From NCBI RefSeq assembly GCF_964204865.1, contig NC_135261.1:12028001-12092000 (forward strand): 64,000 bases of DNA, given 5' to 3'. The stretch comes from Styela clava (taxonomy: Eukaryota). A model generated the notes under the pieces. That model worked only from the letters and a program-made list of their open reading frames with translations. It searched no databases and was not told the DNA's origin. A program made the position numbers and the translations under genes. Below, piece after piece: positions 24,443 to 36,400 of the stretch; within the stretch, counting starts at the first letter, position 1, and each line of letters starts with the position of its first letter.

Positions 24443-27400
24443 ATGCTGATAAAGGCTGTAAATCGTCAGATACCTGGGTACACGAAAGGTGAGATTTTAC
24501 AATCATTTTTTTCAATAATATGTAAGCTATTTTAAGTGATTGAATATTGTTTTATTGCTATTTGACCATTGAAGCTTTTTTGGTATTCATACAAAACATT
24601 TAAGGTTTAAACTTTGCTAATCTATAGTATATTGGCAGTTTGCTATTGTTATGTGCAATTTTCCAGGTAGCGAAGATTCATGGTGTGGATCATATACGTT
24701 CATACATGGATCAGATCCACAGTTTGGATTTATAGATCTCATTAAAGGTGGAGGAGGTAATGTTTTCAATAATTCTTTTTTTTTTCTTAATTTTCTTTTT
24801 GGATAAGGTTGTATGGGTCAATACATTAGCTGATGTAATTTGCCAGTTGTTTTACTTTCCCGTCTCTATGCATATTCTAGAATATGAATTCTGACGTGAC
24901 CTCTTCAACGAATTTATTTGGGTATACAATGCTTTCTATGTCTCTTCTTTTGATAAATTAAAAATTAATCGATATAAGAAATAAAAGGCTTGCCTCTGCT
25001 AGTGTTGTTGTACCATAGAAGATAGAACCATATGCTTATTTCTGAATGTGCCATAGTATACAACTTACCGTAATTCATATTCTTCTTGGTATAATGCAGT
25101 GAATAATTCATTCAGTTAGGTTCTTTTAGTAAACAAAATCCACATGATCCTTGATTGCTCAAAAAATAGGTTTATTTTTTAGTTTGCCAGTGATCACCGC
25201 AATATGTTTTTATTCAGGCAAGAAATGGGATACAGAGATCAAGCTTCTCAAAGATGCAATATCAGCGATCAATAAAATGTCACCAAGACCTAAATTTTTC
25301 TTCATATGTGGTGATCTGATCGACGCATATCCGGGTATGCCGACAATCCCCAGCATTAAATAAATAACACTTTTAGTACTATGTGAAACATTTTATAATG
25401 GAAGTAACTCCATAAACCACTCTTACATGAGGATTCAACATAGATAGGAATTAAACGTCTATCTGAGATAATTAGTAATATGATAGATAGTACAGTTGGG
25501 CATGTTCTTAATCAGCTTCCAATAATTAAGCAGCGTACTCTCTCTGATATTTCGGTACTTCCATGGTGTGTGTACCAGGTTGGGGGAAAGACACAAATTA
25601 TTCTGATTTTCCTCATTTTAGTTCCATTTCAGGTACGGGGACTGTCTGTGTTAGCCAAGTGAATATACCCCCTGCCCATAGGATTCAGTCTCTTTACACA
25701 ACTTTATGTAAAGTAGGCGAACAAAATTAGTTACCTCCATATTTGGGTACACACGCTTCTGGAGCGCCGATATTTCTTTGTAGTAAAAAACTTTTGTCTT
25801 ATTTTTGTTATATTTTCAACCAGGTGTTGAACCGACTAACTCAGAACAGACTAAAGATATGATCAAAATTTTATCCGAGTGTGAAATTCCAATATTTGTG
25901 ATAAGTGGAAATCATGACATCGGAAACAAACCTACAACTTCTTCAATTGAACAGTACACAGAGCAATATGGCGATGATTTTTATAGTTTCTATGCAGGAG
26001 GTGTATTTTATATTGCATTAAACAGTCAATATTTTTATGAACCTGACGAATTACCACAACTTGCTAACGAACAAATGATATGGTTGGATGAGCAATTGCA
26101 AGAGTAAGTGAAGTTTGGTTTGTGTTACGTGTATACGTTGGAATCTTTATACTAATATGTAAGATTTTATTATGAAGTGGTCTAGTGCAGTGGTAAGCAA
26201 CCGTTTTAAGTGACGAACTGGTACATCCTGATCAAAACTTTGGCGGACCACCTTTATACAAATGGACTAAGCTTATGTAATATAGTACACGCGTGTGAAA
26301 ATTTACGTTGACAATATATTCAAAAAAGGTGATGCTGTGTCAGATCTCAATTTGTTTAGTGGTCATTAACAGTTTCCAATTCGGAGATATAGTTGACAGT
26401 GATACACGTAACGCGTTTCTTACCACCAGCCTGTAACAATGCCTGTATCGATATCTGGGTATTGCGTGATGTTCGTTTAGCAATAACTAATGTGTTGTGT
26501 TTGTCTGGTTTGCTGTTGGGTGATGTTTTTTTAGTCGTAGGGTTAGTGGTTAGATTGTAGAGGTGTTATTAAGCCCTAGACCGTTTTGTGTCACCTCACT
26601 GCGGACCGGCAATGGGCCGCGGCCCAGTGGTTGACGACCACTGGTCTAGTGGTTGGGAAACTTGTATAGACCTGACCTATGGACAATGTTGATGTAGCAG
26701 GTCGAATATGTATGATTCAAATCCCATACCCACTACACTACCTCTTGTGGGGTGTAATAAATTGGGTAGGCAGTGTTGAACTAGAAAAATTATTTATTTC
26801 TTCACATCTGATTGTAAACCATTTAATATAAAAACGTCACATATAATAACTGATTGAAACATGTTAAAAGCAAAACAGTATTTTGAGGGGGCCGAGAAGT
26901 GACGAGAGTCTTTAAAAGGGCACCACGGATCATGGGACCACAAGAACCACTGTTTTATACTCTATTAACAATTATTTTGTTTCCAGAGCGAAATCTAACC
27001 AAGATATAACTCACACTGTCGTCTTCATGCACATTCCACTATTTATCTCTGATCCTGATGAGAAGAATCAATACTTCAGCATACCACAACCATTAAGATC
27101 AACTTTATTAGAGAAATTTGCTGATGCAGGTGTAAGCATTGTATTCTCTGGCCACTATCACAGAAACGCAGGAGGATTTTGGAAAAAAGAGATTGATGGA
27201 AAAATGAAACAGGTAGATAAATTGGAATGGAGCCTCATAGTTTTCTTTGTATTATTGGATTCATTCAGAAAAATTTTTCATGAACGTCTCTTCTATCTAA
27301 ACATGAGGTAAAATCTGTATTGTATGGCTGTCCAAAAACAGTTTTTCAACATTACTGGCAGAAAATAAATTTTGCTTCATTACCTAATATAATGGCTATT

Positions 27401-27795
27401 GAGGTTAAATTAATATATAGAAGAGAATCTACACTAATTTTCTGGCCATCCTTAGTGAGTACTTTTGTGTAGTAAATGTTTTGGCACCATATTTTGCTCT
27501 GCCGACAATTGTCATAAGACACTGGCTAGGGTCAAATCAAATAGTCTTGTGAGATGCATTCCTGATCCATTTTTTTAGGGCATAAGACTAGTTGTTAACT
27601 GAATATGTTAGAAAGTTCATACTTTTCAATAATACCTAACTGCTATCACCGTGTCTGCAGATTGAGTGTGTTGTTACTTCGGCAATCGGAGCACAACTTG
27701 GAAAAGACAAATCAGGATTAAGTGTTGTCAAAGTATCACAACAATCAATTCAACAGAAATATTATGCCATTGAAGATATTCCTCTAACAAACTGA
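24443..27795 (+). CDS. CPPED1: Calcineurin-like metallophosphoesterase CPPED1, 6 exons, 297 aa
   Basis: Exons 24443-24488, 24667-24756, 25218-25334, 25824-26103, 26987-27212 and 27661-27795 are phase-consistent. Motifs: GSDPQFG, PRPKFFFICGDLIDA, SGNHDIGNKPT, YGDDFYSF, MHIPLF, FSGHYHRNAGG, VVTSAIGAQLG. Confidence 0.93.
26188..26643. mobile_element. Non-autonomous hAT MITE in CPPED1 intron 4
   Basis: Imperfect TIRs CAGTGGTAAGCAACC / GGTTGACGACCACTG; perfect 8-bp TSD GTCTAGTG (26180-26187, 26644-26651). Confidence 0.88.
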
Positions 27796-28914
27796 TTTTT
27801 GTATTATAAACTGTTACTCTTGTGTTTAATGACTTCAATGTCACGACAAGAAATTATGGATTTTGAGTGTTTGTATTACTGAAAATTTATATGGATTATG
27901 AATTTTAGATGTACCGGTATATAATATTTTCTGGTGTTAGATGTTGAATAAGCTTTTACTTTTTAGCATTGTCAGCATACAAATGTCATGCACTAAAGGC
28001 CACAAAATAACTTGGCTATTTGAAAAAGCATATTTTATCAGAAATTTTTTCAATCTATTCTTATTTTATAAATGTTTTCTTCACTCCATAACCTGTGGTA
28101 CTGAATGTACTATTTTGTCGGTTGTCAACATTTTATTTTTTGACTTACAATCATTAGCAGTTTATTGCTACTTAATTTGTGTGACCTGAATTAATTGTTC
28201 CTTATATTGATATTTGAAAGTAAAATGTGTATTGCATATGCATATACCTGTTTTCATTTATACCTTCTTCATCAATACCATTTTTATCAAAACAAATCTC
28301 ATTTGCTGCAATATTTATAGTTTTATCAAATAACTATCTCATACATTGGTTTCTATTAAAAAAACGTTTTCTCCCCAGGTGATTGTTTGTTGCTCCACCC
28401 GCCTTCTGACCAATGAAATTTCAACCTATTTCATGGTATTTTGCTCACATCAAAAGAGCTTAGATTAATTATCTTTAATTTGCTTTTCTGTACCCTCTTT
28501 GAATTTGAATTCATGTAAAATCAGGTTTTCTGTATTATCTCTCAGTGCAATTCAGTCTCATTTATTGAATGCTTTCCATTGCATTGTTTTTGTCATTTTT
28601 TTCGATTTACAAACTAACTGTTGAATGTCTTTCCATATCCTAATTTGTTCATGATGTATGACTGGATCGAAATTATATTTGTAGTGTTTGGCCTCCCAGT
28701 TACTTGATCTATTCTGTATGTACTACAGTACTTTATTTTCATTTTCAAATCTGTATATAAAGGAAAATACTGAAGAATAGTATTCAATTGTGTGTTACTC
28801 AATTGGTTGTTTCACATGATACTATCCTTATACAATTTTATTTCGATCTTTCGTCTACAACACAAGTAAAAAAACACACAAAGGCAACTGAAAGATCAAA
28901 GAAAGAAACTGAAA

Positions 28915-29250
28915 GGCGCGGCGGTGTGGCTCAACGGGCTAAGCGTTAGGAATACGCTCGCCACCGCACCTCTAATTACTCTGCGTGGGTTCGCAGGTTC
29001 GAATCCCATGCAGGGATGGTTATGTGCGAGAGGATTGCTGGACTCCTCGCCGTCGTTGGGTGGTTCACGTAACCGCTGGTCGGTTACGGCTTCCTCCACC
29101 ACCAAGTCCATGCTTCCGAAAACAAACAATATAACTAATCCCATACCCGACTTGGAATGGTAACCGGACGAGAGGCCGTGGTTCGCCATATGAATAAGCC
29201 GTCTTATCGGCTTTCCTCTCCCCCGGGATAAATATGTAAATCCTATCCTA
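28915..29250 (+). mobile_element. Full-length tRNA-derived SINE (best-preserved copy)
   Basis: Pol III A box TGGCTCAACGGG and B box GGTTCGAATCC, internal hairpin CGTAACCG/CGGTTACG, and a 3' (ATCCT)n tail. Four other copies occur in the window. Confidence 0.9.
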
Positions 29251-30426
29251 AGATCGGGAAAATGGGCAAAACCTATATAAAGGTTTATAACGAACGCTGT
29301 AACCAGCGCCTGTGCCCATTCACCCACACAAGTGAAAACACGACAATCACACCAGACTAAATTAATGAACAGAGTACATGATCACGAGAAAATAAATTTC
29401 ACGGGCGAAGCCTACTTGTAATGTAAATAATTTTGATGAGTGAAAGTCGTGAACAATACAAAAACATTTAGAAGTTACGTGACGGTGCCTGTGCCGGAAT
29501 GCGAATACCAATAATATCAATTAATTGATTAGCTGCTGTTTTTTTGTAAACAAATTAAGCTAAAAAGTAAACAACAAACATAAATACACGAAAACTAGTT
29601 TCGGGCGTTGCTTCTAATGTTACAAAAATGGTTCGAATTCGTAGAAATTGGAGTAAATGATTTTAGTCTTTGCAACGTCCAACATTGCGGTGCTTCCATC
29701 CTGCTGTCTTGAGCATCGATTGTTCCTATGAATTATTTCTCTCGCATGAATTTACCGACCATTTCAGTGCCGACAGCTAAGTCGATTATTTCTGTTTCCT
29801 CGAAGTCCCTCAGATTCAATCACTTGATACAAATGATCAACGCAAATCTTTTCAAAGAAGCTCCAATGTATAAAAGATATACACAAGCTAGCTTGTCTGT
29901 ATGTCTTTATTCAATCCTGTGTGTCCGGTTTTCCAAGTTACTGGTATAAGTTACATTCAAAATATTCAATCCATGGTCGATGCGAGCATTTAAAATTAAA
30001 ATGTCTTGTCATAATGTAAGTCGAGATTATAATTCCGATTACTAAAATTAGGGTTACCATATTTTTGTGACCTCAAAGTGGGACGCCTCCAAAGACCAAA
30101 GCTGTGATTTTTTTTCAACTCTAAATTTCACCGATTTTAGATTAGGGGCCAACATTTAAAACCATCCCAGATGGCTTCGTTGATCATATTGTCGAGAGTT
30201 CATGCGCTGTATGTCTAATTATCTGTTCCAGTTCAAAAAATAGAAAAGAATTTACGTTAGCGTTAAGCACCATTTTGGCGTACAGGGCTTACGCGTAACA
30301 AACTGTAGCAATTAACCGCTAACAATGTAACGAGGCAAACAAAACCACGCATTCAAATTCAGTAAGTAGACTACCGGTACGCCATACACGGCATACAGCA
30401 ACAACAGTATCGAGAACATGCTATTT

Positions 30427-32128
30427 CAGGGTGGTCAAACTGCGGTCCACGGGCCAGCGGCGGTCCGCAATACAATTTTAGCGTACACTACTAAACCATC
30501 GGTAGATATTTGTATTTATTTGCAGAACAATTTTGATTTTCAAACTATTCCGACTGGGAATAGTCCTTTTCCTAATCCTGATGTCGAGATTGAGGTTTGT
30601 TAAAATCACATCATTTTAATAGTTGTATCCATGAACGTCAAGATGATGCCTATATGGGAATGACGGCCTATGAACGGTAAATAGAGGAGGAATTGTCTTG
30701 TGCGGACAGGACCAAGCCGATGAGCTCAAGTGACTCCTCATCAGGGTTGCCAGATCCCTGATCGATCAAAAAAAGCCAAATCAAGACACAAAAAAAGCCA
30801 ACAATTTTACCAAGTACAAAAGCCCCATGATTAGTCAGATTTTAAGCCCTTGGCAACGTACTGATGATGATGATGATGATGAAGACGTAAAGCCATCATG
30901 TCATTCAGTGAGGCACACAAATAGAAAGTAAAGTTCCTATAGAACTGTAGAAGGTGAAATAAATATCAAGTGGACAGAATTATTTTACCATTCAATATAT
31001 AAGACAGGGTGCCGCTTAAGCATGTAATATACCTACATGTTTCTACTTAAACTTGCAATATACCTTAAAAAATTCTCTCTATATTGTATCTTACTATAGA
31101 AAAAATTTAACTTTTCAAATTTATAAACCATCAATTTTATTAAAAAATTATCTAACGCCGTGCCGCTAACAGGTGGACCACTGATATCTAATTCAGTAAT
31201 TTTAGCGTAGTTAATCACATCGTTCGCGAGACTAAATTTTGATTACTGCAATTGCAGAATTAAACTAGAGCTCACATAAACTATATCAGGCATAATGAAA
31301 ATTGAGTTATACAATTACTTTTTGGAAAAAAACTGACAAATAACACGCAAAACTATAAAAACCAGGCAATGTTTACAACCCCGCTTGAACATCTGTCTGA
31401 GCAGCTGCAGAAACTGCAATTATTTCTTATTGGGTAGGGTTAAGAGTTACTGTAACAAACAAGGGAATCGATGCTCCAGGAAAGCCTGATGTTAAGTAGC
31501 TAAGTACAGGTAATAGACTATTGTTCAGTTGTTGAACACTAAATATTGTATTTCATATGATTTTAATAATAGACACTAGAATAGACTTGAAAAAAAGCCA
31601 AACGGAAATTCTGACTCCAAACGCGTTTGAAAAAAGCGGGAGCTGACTTTGCGCCGCGCTATCCATTTTTTTTTTATCTGTGTATGAGGTCCCAAACTCC
31701 CAACTCATACGGACTTTGTTGTTTTTCGACGGTAACACTAAACCTGCTCACGCTACAAGAAATAAATATTTTTAAATATAACAATTTGTCATACAATGAA
31801 TGCAGTAAAAAGGTGACCGAAACTAAACTGAGAGCAAATGTCTTTTCTTACCCACAGTGTCTGGTGTGTTATAATTTAAGCGACATTACAAAACCAAACA
31901 CGAGAAAAGATACCGAAAATACCATGATATTTCTCGGGAAGCAATTTTGAAATAAGTAAGTGTTTTATATAGTTTCCTATAAAAACTGATTAGAACGGTA
32001 AACTCTCATTCTTAAATATATTTAAAGTGAGTAAACCCGTGATTTTTTTGATCATTTTTGGGTTTTCTCCTACTGCGACCAGCGAGACCTCAAAAGTTTT
32101 TGCGGCCCTGCAACCTTGGACCACCCTG
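30427..32128. mobile_element. Non-autonomous hAT (Charlie-like) element nested in the 30049-32272 element
   Basis: TIRs CAGGGTGGTC / GACCACCCTG; TSD TGCTATTT vs TGCTAATT (7/8 match); subterminal GCGGTCC/GCGGCCC. Confidence 0.82.
30742..30922 (+). repeat. Dispersed repeat (CAGGGTTGCCA...TGGCAACGTACTG) with a (GAT)n tract, innermost of the nest
   Basis: Paralogous to 20298-20470; imperfect inverted ends at 30742 and 30863. Confidence 0.65.
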
Positions 32129-32738
32129 TGCTAATTGGTAATGTTCTTGCAATACGCTTACTGGCTGGACGCCAAAGCGATAGGCTACTTTTGGCTTTTT
32201 TTGTTGGGACGCCGGGACAAGATGTTGAAAAGTGTGACTGTTCCGCCTAAAACGGTACGTATGGTAAGCCTAACTAAAATGAAAGATTGCTATTCTAAAA
32301 TAACATGATATACGTGTTAAACTGCCAACTTAATTATACAGTACAGCGAATAATGGTTAATAAGGTGTCGAGTTGCCACATTCAATATCTGAATATGCTT
32401 GTCACGAAGTCTGTCGGGAAACTTGGGACTTTCTGTTGTAACCCCAAAATTCCTCTTGTAGTTAACGGTCAACAAATAGTACATTTTGGGAATGTGAAAA
32501 ACAAATGTGTGCTCATCCCAAATTTTGTTAAAGTTGGGGATATTCACATACCGATTCGTGTTTTCAGCTTGTCAGAACTGCGACAGTATGATGCTGGCAA
32601 CATGCGAGCAGGGCCAGCTAAATAAAACCATTTTTTTGCTGAGAGAAACATTCACATCATAAACATGCATTGTTATGCAGTCTCTGTTCACTTCACATCA
32701 AACTTGCTGAAAAAATGATGATAAGTTAATGTCACAAC

Positions 32739-33151
32739 TAGGGCTGGGCATTCCGAATCGAATATTCGAATCGAATCGAATATGAAATTATTCGAATCGG
32801 TTCAGAGCAAAATTTCGAATCGCCGCCATCTTGATTTTTTCCTTTCGCCAATGGTCGAGATAAATTTCTCAATTTTTTCTATTGAAGCCATATTTTTTCA
32901 ACGATATTCTGACATATGACTCTTTTCTGTAGTGAGTTATTGATGAAAACGTGTTTTTTATTGTGTGTGAACGCACAGCAATCTGCCTGAGCGATGTATT
33001 CTATGTTTTTAGTAATTTATGTGTCTGGGGAACCTAATACAATAAGAAGGTTACATACAATTTTATATCTCCCAAGTATTCGAAATTCGATTCGAAAAAA
33101 TTATTCGATTCGATTCTGAAATCATCAGGTATTCGAAAATACCCAGCCCTA
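32739..33151. mobile_element. hAT MITE immediately upstream of CERT1
   Basis: TIRs TAGGGCTGGGCATT / AATACCCAGCCCTA; perfect 8-bp TSD GTCACAAC (32731-32738, 33152-33159); many subterminal TTCGAA/CGAAT motifs. Confidence 0.92.
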
Positions 33152-33428
33152 GTCACAACTCACAAAATAGCGCTAGAGTGCAAGTTACTATGAACTGACT
33201 TCGAGCTTTGAGTATGAATCTATGATGCCGACAGTCAGCGGACTCGCCCAAGCGGGTGTTTGTCGCTCTCTCGCTTTTGTTTATATCTGTGGTTAATCTA
33301 GTTATTATGTTCTTAGTGATGTAGCGCTGCTTTAAAGTTTATAAATAATGCTAGAGGATGATTCCCGATGATGTTATTTTCTATATTTTACTTGAATATG
33401 TAACTACTTTTGTTCTAGTTGAATAATA

Positions 33429-36400
33429 ATGTCGGATAGCCACCCTAGTTTAAACGCGTCAGAAGAGGAGGATGAGTTTGTTTCTCATTCAACGGATTTA
33501 CCGTCTTTCAAAGGAATTTTATCTAAATGGACAAATTACATACATGGATGGCAAGACAGGTAAAAATATTTCAGAATTCGGGGTGTCATAGCCAGTTTGC
33601 CATCACTTTCAGACTTCTGGACTTTGGGTTTATTACAGTTTTTATTAAGTCCGTTAATTGAAAAAATAAAATAGGTGTCGTGATCATTCAATTGATCATT
33701 CAATTCAACACTCTTTAGTCGGCTATGGGATAAAACAGTACTGCAGTATGAGGTTTAGTGAAGTATACGCACAGCTCTGTAACTGCTTAAGGATGTGATG
33801 TGAAATTCAAACGTAAAGAGATCGAACTCACACCCATATTGTTTTGAAACGTTGTCTTACAATCATAGAAAAGGTGGACGACTCACCTGTCCTCTTGTGA
33901 GTCGAGTTGTCCGAGTCCTCTATGTCCTATGCGTTTAGCCTATTTTGTTCATGCAAGACGGACTAGAAAAAATGTTAGAAAAAAATGAAAATTTGTTTTG
34001 TATTTCCAGACCATTTTTGTTTGGTGTTATTTAAGCACTTGCAGTATTCTTTTCACACCACAATTGTGTTTAGAGGTATTTAAGCAGTTAACGCCATTTG
34101 CTTCACGAGACCCAGGATAAGTTAGCCTGTTATATAATTCAGATGCATCGACTTGCTGGCTTGATGGTGGAGGAATCAGTTTTAGCAGTTGTTCATTAAT
34201 CAAATATTTTTGTTTATTCTTTTTCAATATAATTTTTGTTCCAGATATGTAACATGTGGAGATGGAACTTTGAGTTATTACAGATCAGCGAATGAAACAG
34301 AATATGGATGTAGAGGATCTATGAGTTTAGCCAAAGCAGCCGTTTCGGTAACATATTCTTAGATTTTTTTTTATGTCAATAACAATTATTATAAATAAAA
34401 TGATATGACTGATAGTGCATTGTTCATTTTTGGGTCGATATAATTATGGTTTGAAGGCAGTGCAATGATTTCCACTTCAGTATAGAATGTTTATTCTATA
34501 TGATTGAATATCTACCCTGACCTTTGGGAGAAATGTGTTTGAACAAAAGTTCATGACAATAGATAATTGATATGGTCAGCTAACATAAAGCATTACTGCT
34601 GTACAACAACACTATATGTTTAAATATTGGTAAATGTTCGTCATGTTTATGTTACCTTATCACTTTTCTTGACACAACCCTTTATATCAGTGTTCTTGGA
34701 CACAATCAAATAGGCACAATCAAATGTTTTCGCCCACTCAGAAAATAAAATTAAAATAAAGTATAATTTAATGATGCAGAAAATATTGAAAAATGATTAA
34801 AATTGACAATACTTTTAATAAGACAGATGTGCTTGCACTTTTTCACACAAAACATTGAATAATAGCTCAATTTCACCGATAGGTTGTTTTAGTTCTAGTT
34901 CCAAATCTTCAAATTTGATCGATATTTTCTGTCTCAACTGGGGGGGTCTGTCTCAACATAAGTTGGTGTCAAAAAAGATTTTACCGCCTACTCTATTGAG
35001 CCCTATAGCAACTCACCGAGAGGTCTAGACTTGCAGTTTGAAAAAGCCCTGCTCTAGGTCATAATAGCTATATAATTCACAAATCAAAATTTTGCAATCC
35101 ACCAATTTAGCTTGTCAAACATACTCATTCAAAATGTATAAACAGTTGGCACAGAATGATGCAATGCATGTCACATACAAGTTTCACAGACGTTTAAATT
35201 ATTCAACATTTTCCTAATTACTTATTCTGTGCTGTGATTTTAATAACAGGATGTGATTTTGTGTATTGCAATGTTAGTGCCAGACATCTGGGTGTTAGAG
35301 AGTCTTGTATCAATGTAACTAGCAGATGTTATTACTTTTACTGCTTCTCTACCCTACCATTTCAGACTTTGAAGTTTTCTCATTATGTTTACTTTTTAAT
35401 GGCATGATATTCATGGCGAAATATATATATTCGCCAGATCGCAAGCCACTCGACGAGCATCCAACATTTATTTCCTATTTCTTTAGGGGGCTGGGCCAGT
35501 TAGATAAGCCGCATTATTTACTTTATATTGGCATGCGTTACTTTTATGATATGTTCAATTCTTTTCCTATTTAGGTTAAATATCATTTGTATTTATTTTT
35601 TAAATACTGTTTTAGCCCTCCTGCGTTGGGGAGGCCAGGGTTACTGGCGATGTACCGAAAATAAAAGTACTTTAAGCCTGGTTAAGATTCCATTAATAGA
35701 TTCCATCTTCTGATATTTGTTATATTCGAGATGAAAATCTTCTATTCTCTGTTTGACATTCTGTATTGTTCTTTATTGGACACATAGTGGACATAACGAT
35801 CGTTACAATATTATGTTGTTTTTATTGTTCTTGTTGTTTGACACAGTATAACACACCTAGTGGAAATATTAAAAAAACGCTTTTCTCTTAGAATACTGGA
35901 CCAATTGCTTGAAATTTTCAGGGGTTGAAGATAAAATTTTTCCCCAGAAGGCTATTACTCTTATTCATTTTAAATATTTCTGTTAGCTCTGTGAGATTTG
36001 TTTTTGTTTGCTATGACGTCATTAAACGTTCTGCGGACATCGGACGACATTTTGTGTCCTACTGTACTGCTTCGATTGGTGTGAATATATTTGTAGACTG
36101 TGATCTGACCCTGACGGTACGGTAAACCGTACTGTACTGCGAACAGACGTGTCCATATATTTGGGCGTAGCTCTCTTGTTTTGTTGTGTACTTGCATTCA
36201 ATTTTAAAATTATTTCAATGCTTTAACATTCCGTAAATGTATTCAACAAAATGAATTTTTTTAAAAATATTCTTCACCTTTATTTGATACACTCAGTATT
36301 ATTCTGCCCTACACAGTATATTTTTAATTGATCCTTTATATTTTGAATGGAATTGTTTGTCGGACATATTCAGTATTCTATTGGTAAATAATTCCTAGTC

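Larger units (their letters stand above)
30049..32272. mobile_element. Non-autonomous hAT element (TAGGGTTACCA termini, Blackjack-like) containing nested insertions
   Basis: TIRs TAGGGTTACCATA / TATGGTAAGCCTA; perfect 8-bp TSD ACTAAAAT (30041-30048, 32273-32280); subterminal GGGAC repeats. Confidence 0.88.

Noticed and set aside
28915-29010. Possible tRNA gene
   Set aside because: A and B boxes are present, but there is no convincing cloverleaf and the sequence runs straight into the SINE body.
28896-29327. 143-aa minus-strand ORF, plus ORFs at 28924, 17489 and 37344 with similar peptides
   Set aside because: These are translations of SINE copies; the shared peptide (SNPLAHNHPCMGFE) reflects the repeat, not a gene family.
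30715-30750. CTGATGAG on the minus strand followed by a hairpin, suggesting another hammerhead
   Set aside because: There is no GAAA box after the stem, so the core is incomplete.
29640-32625. Coding-looking fragments flanking the transposon nest (29728, 32305 and 32317 ORFs)
   Set aside because: Multiple stops in the longer frames and no family I can recognise; a BLASTX of the joined empty site would be needed to call a pseudogene.
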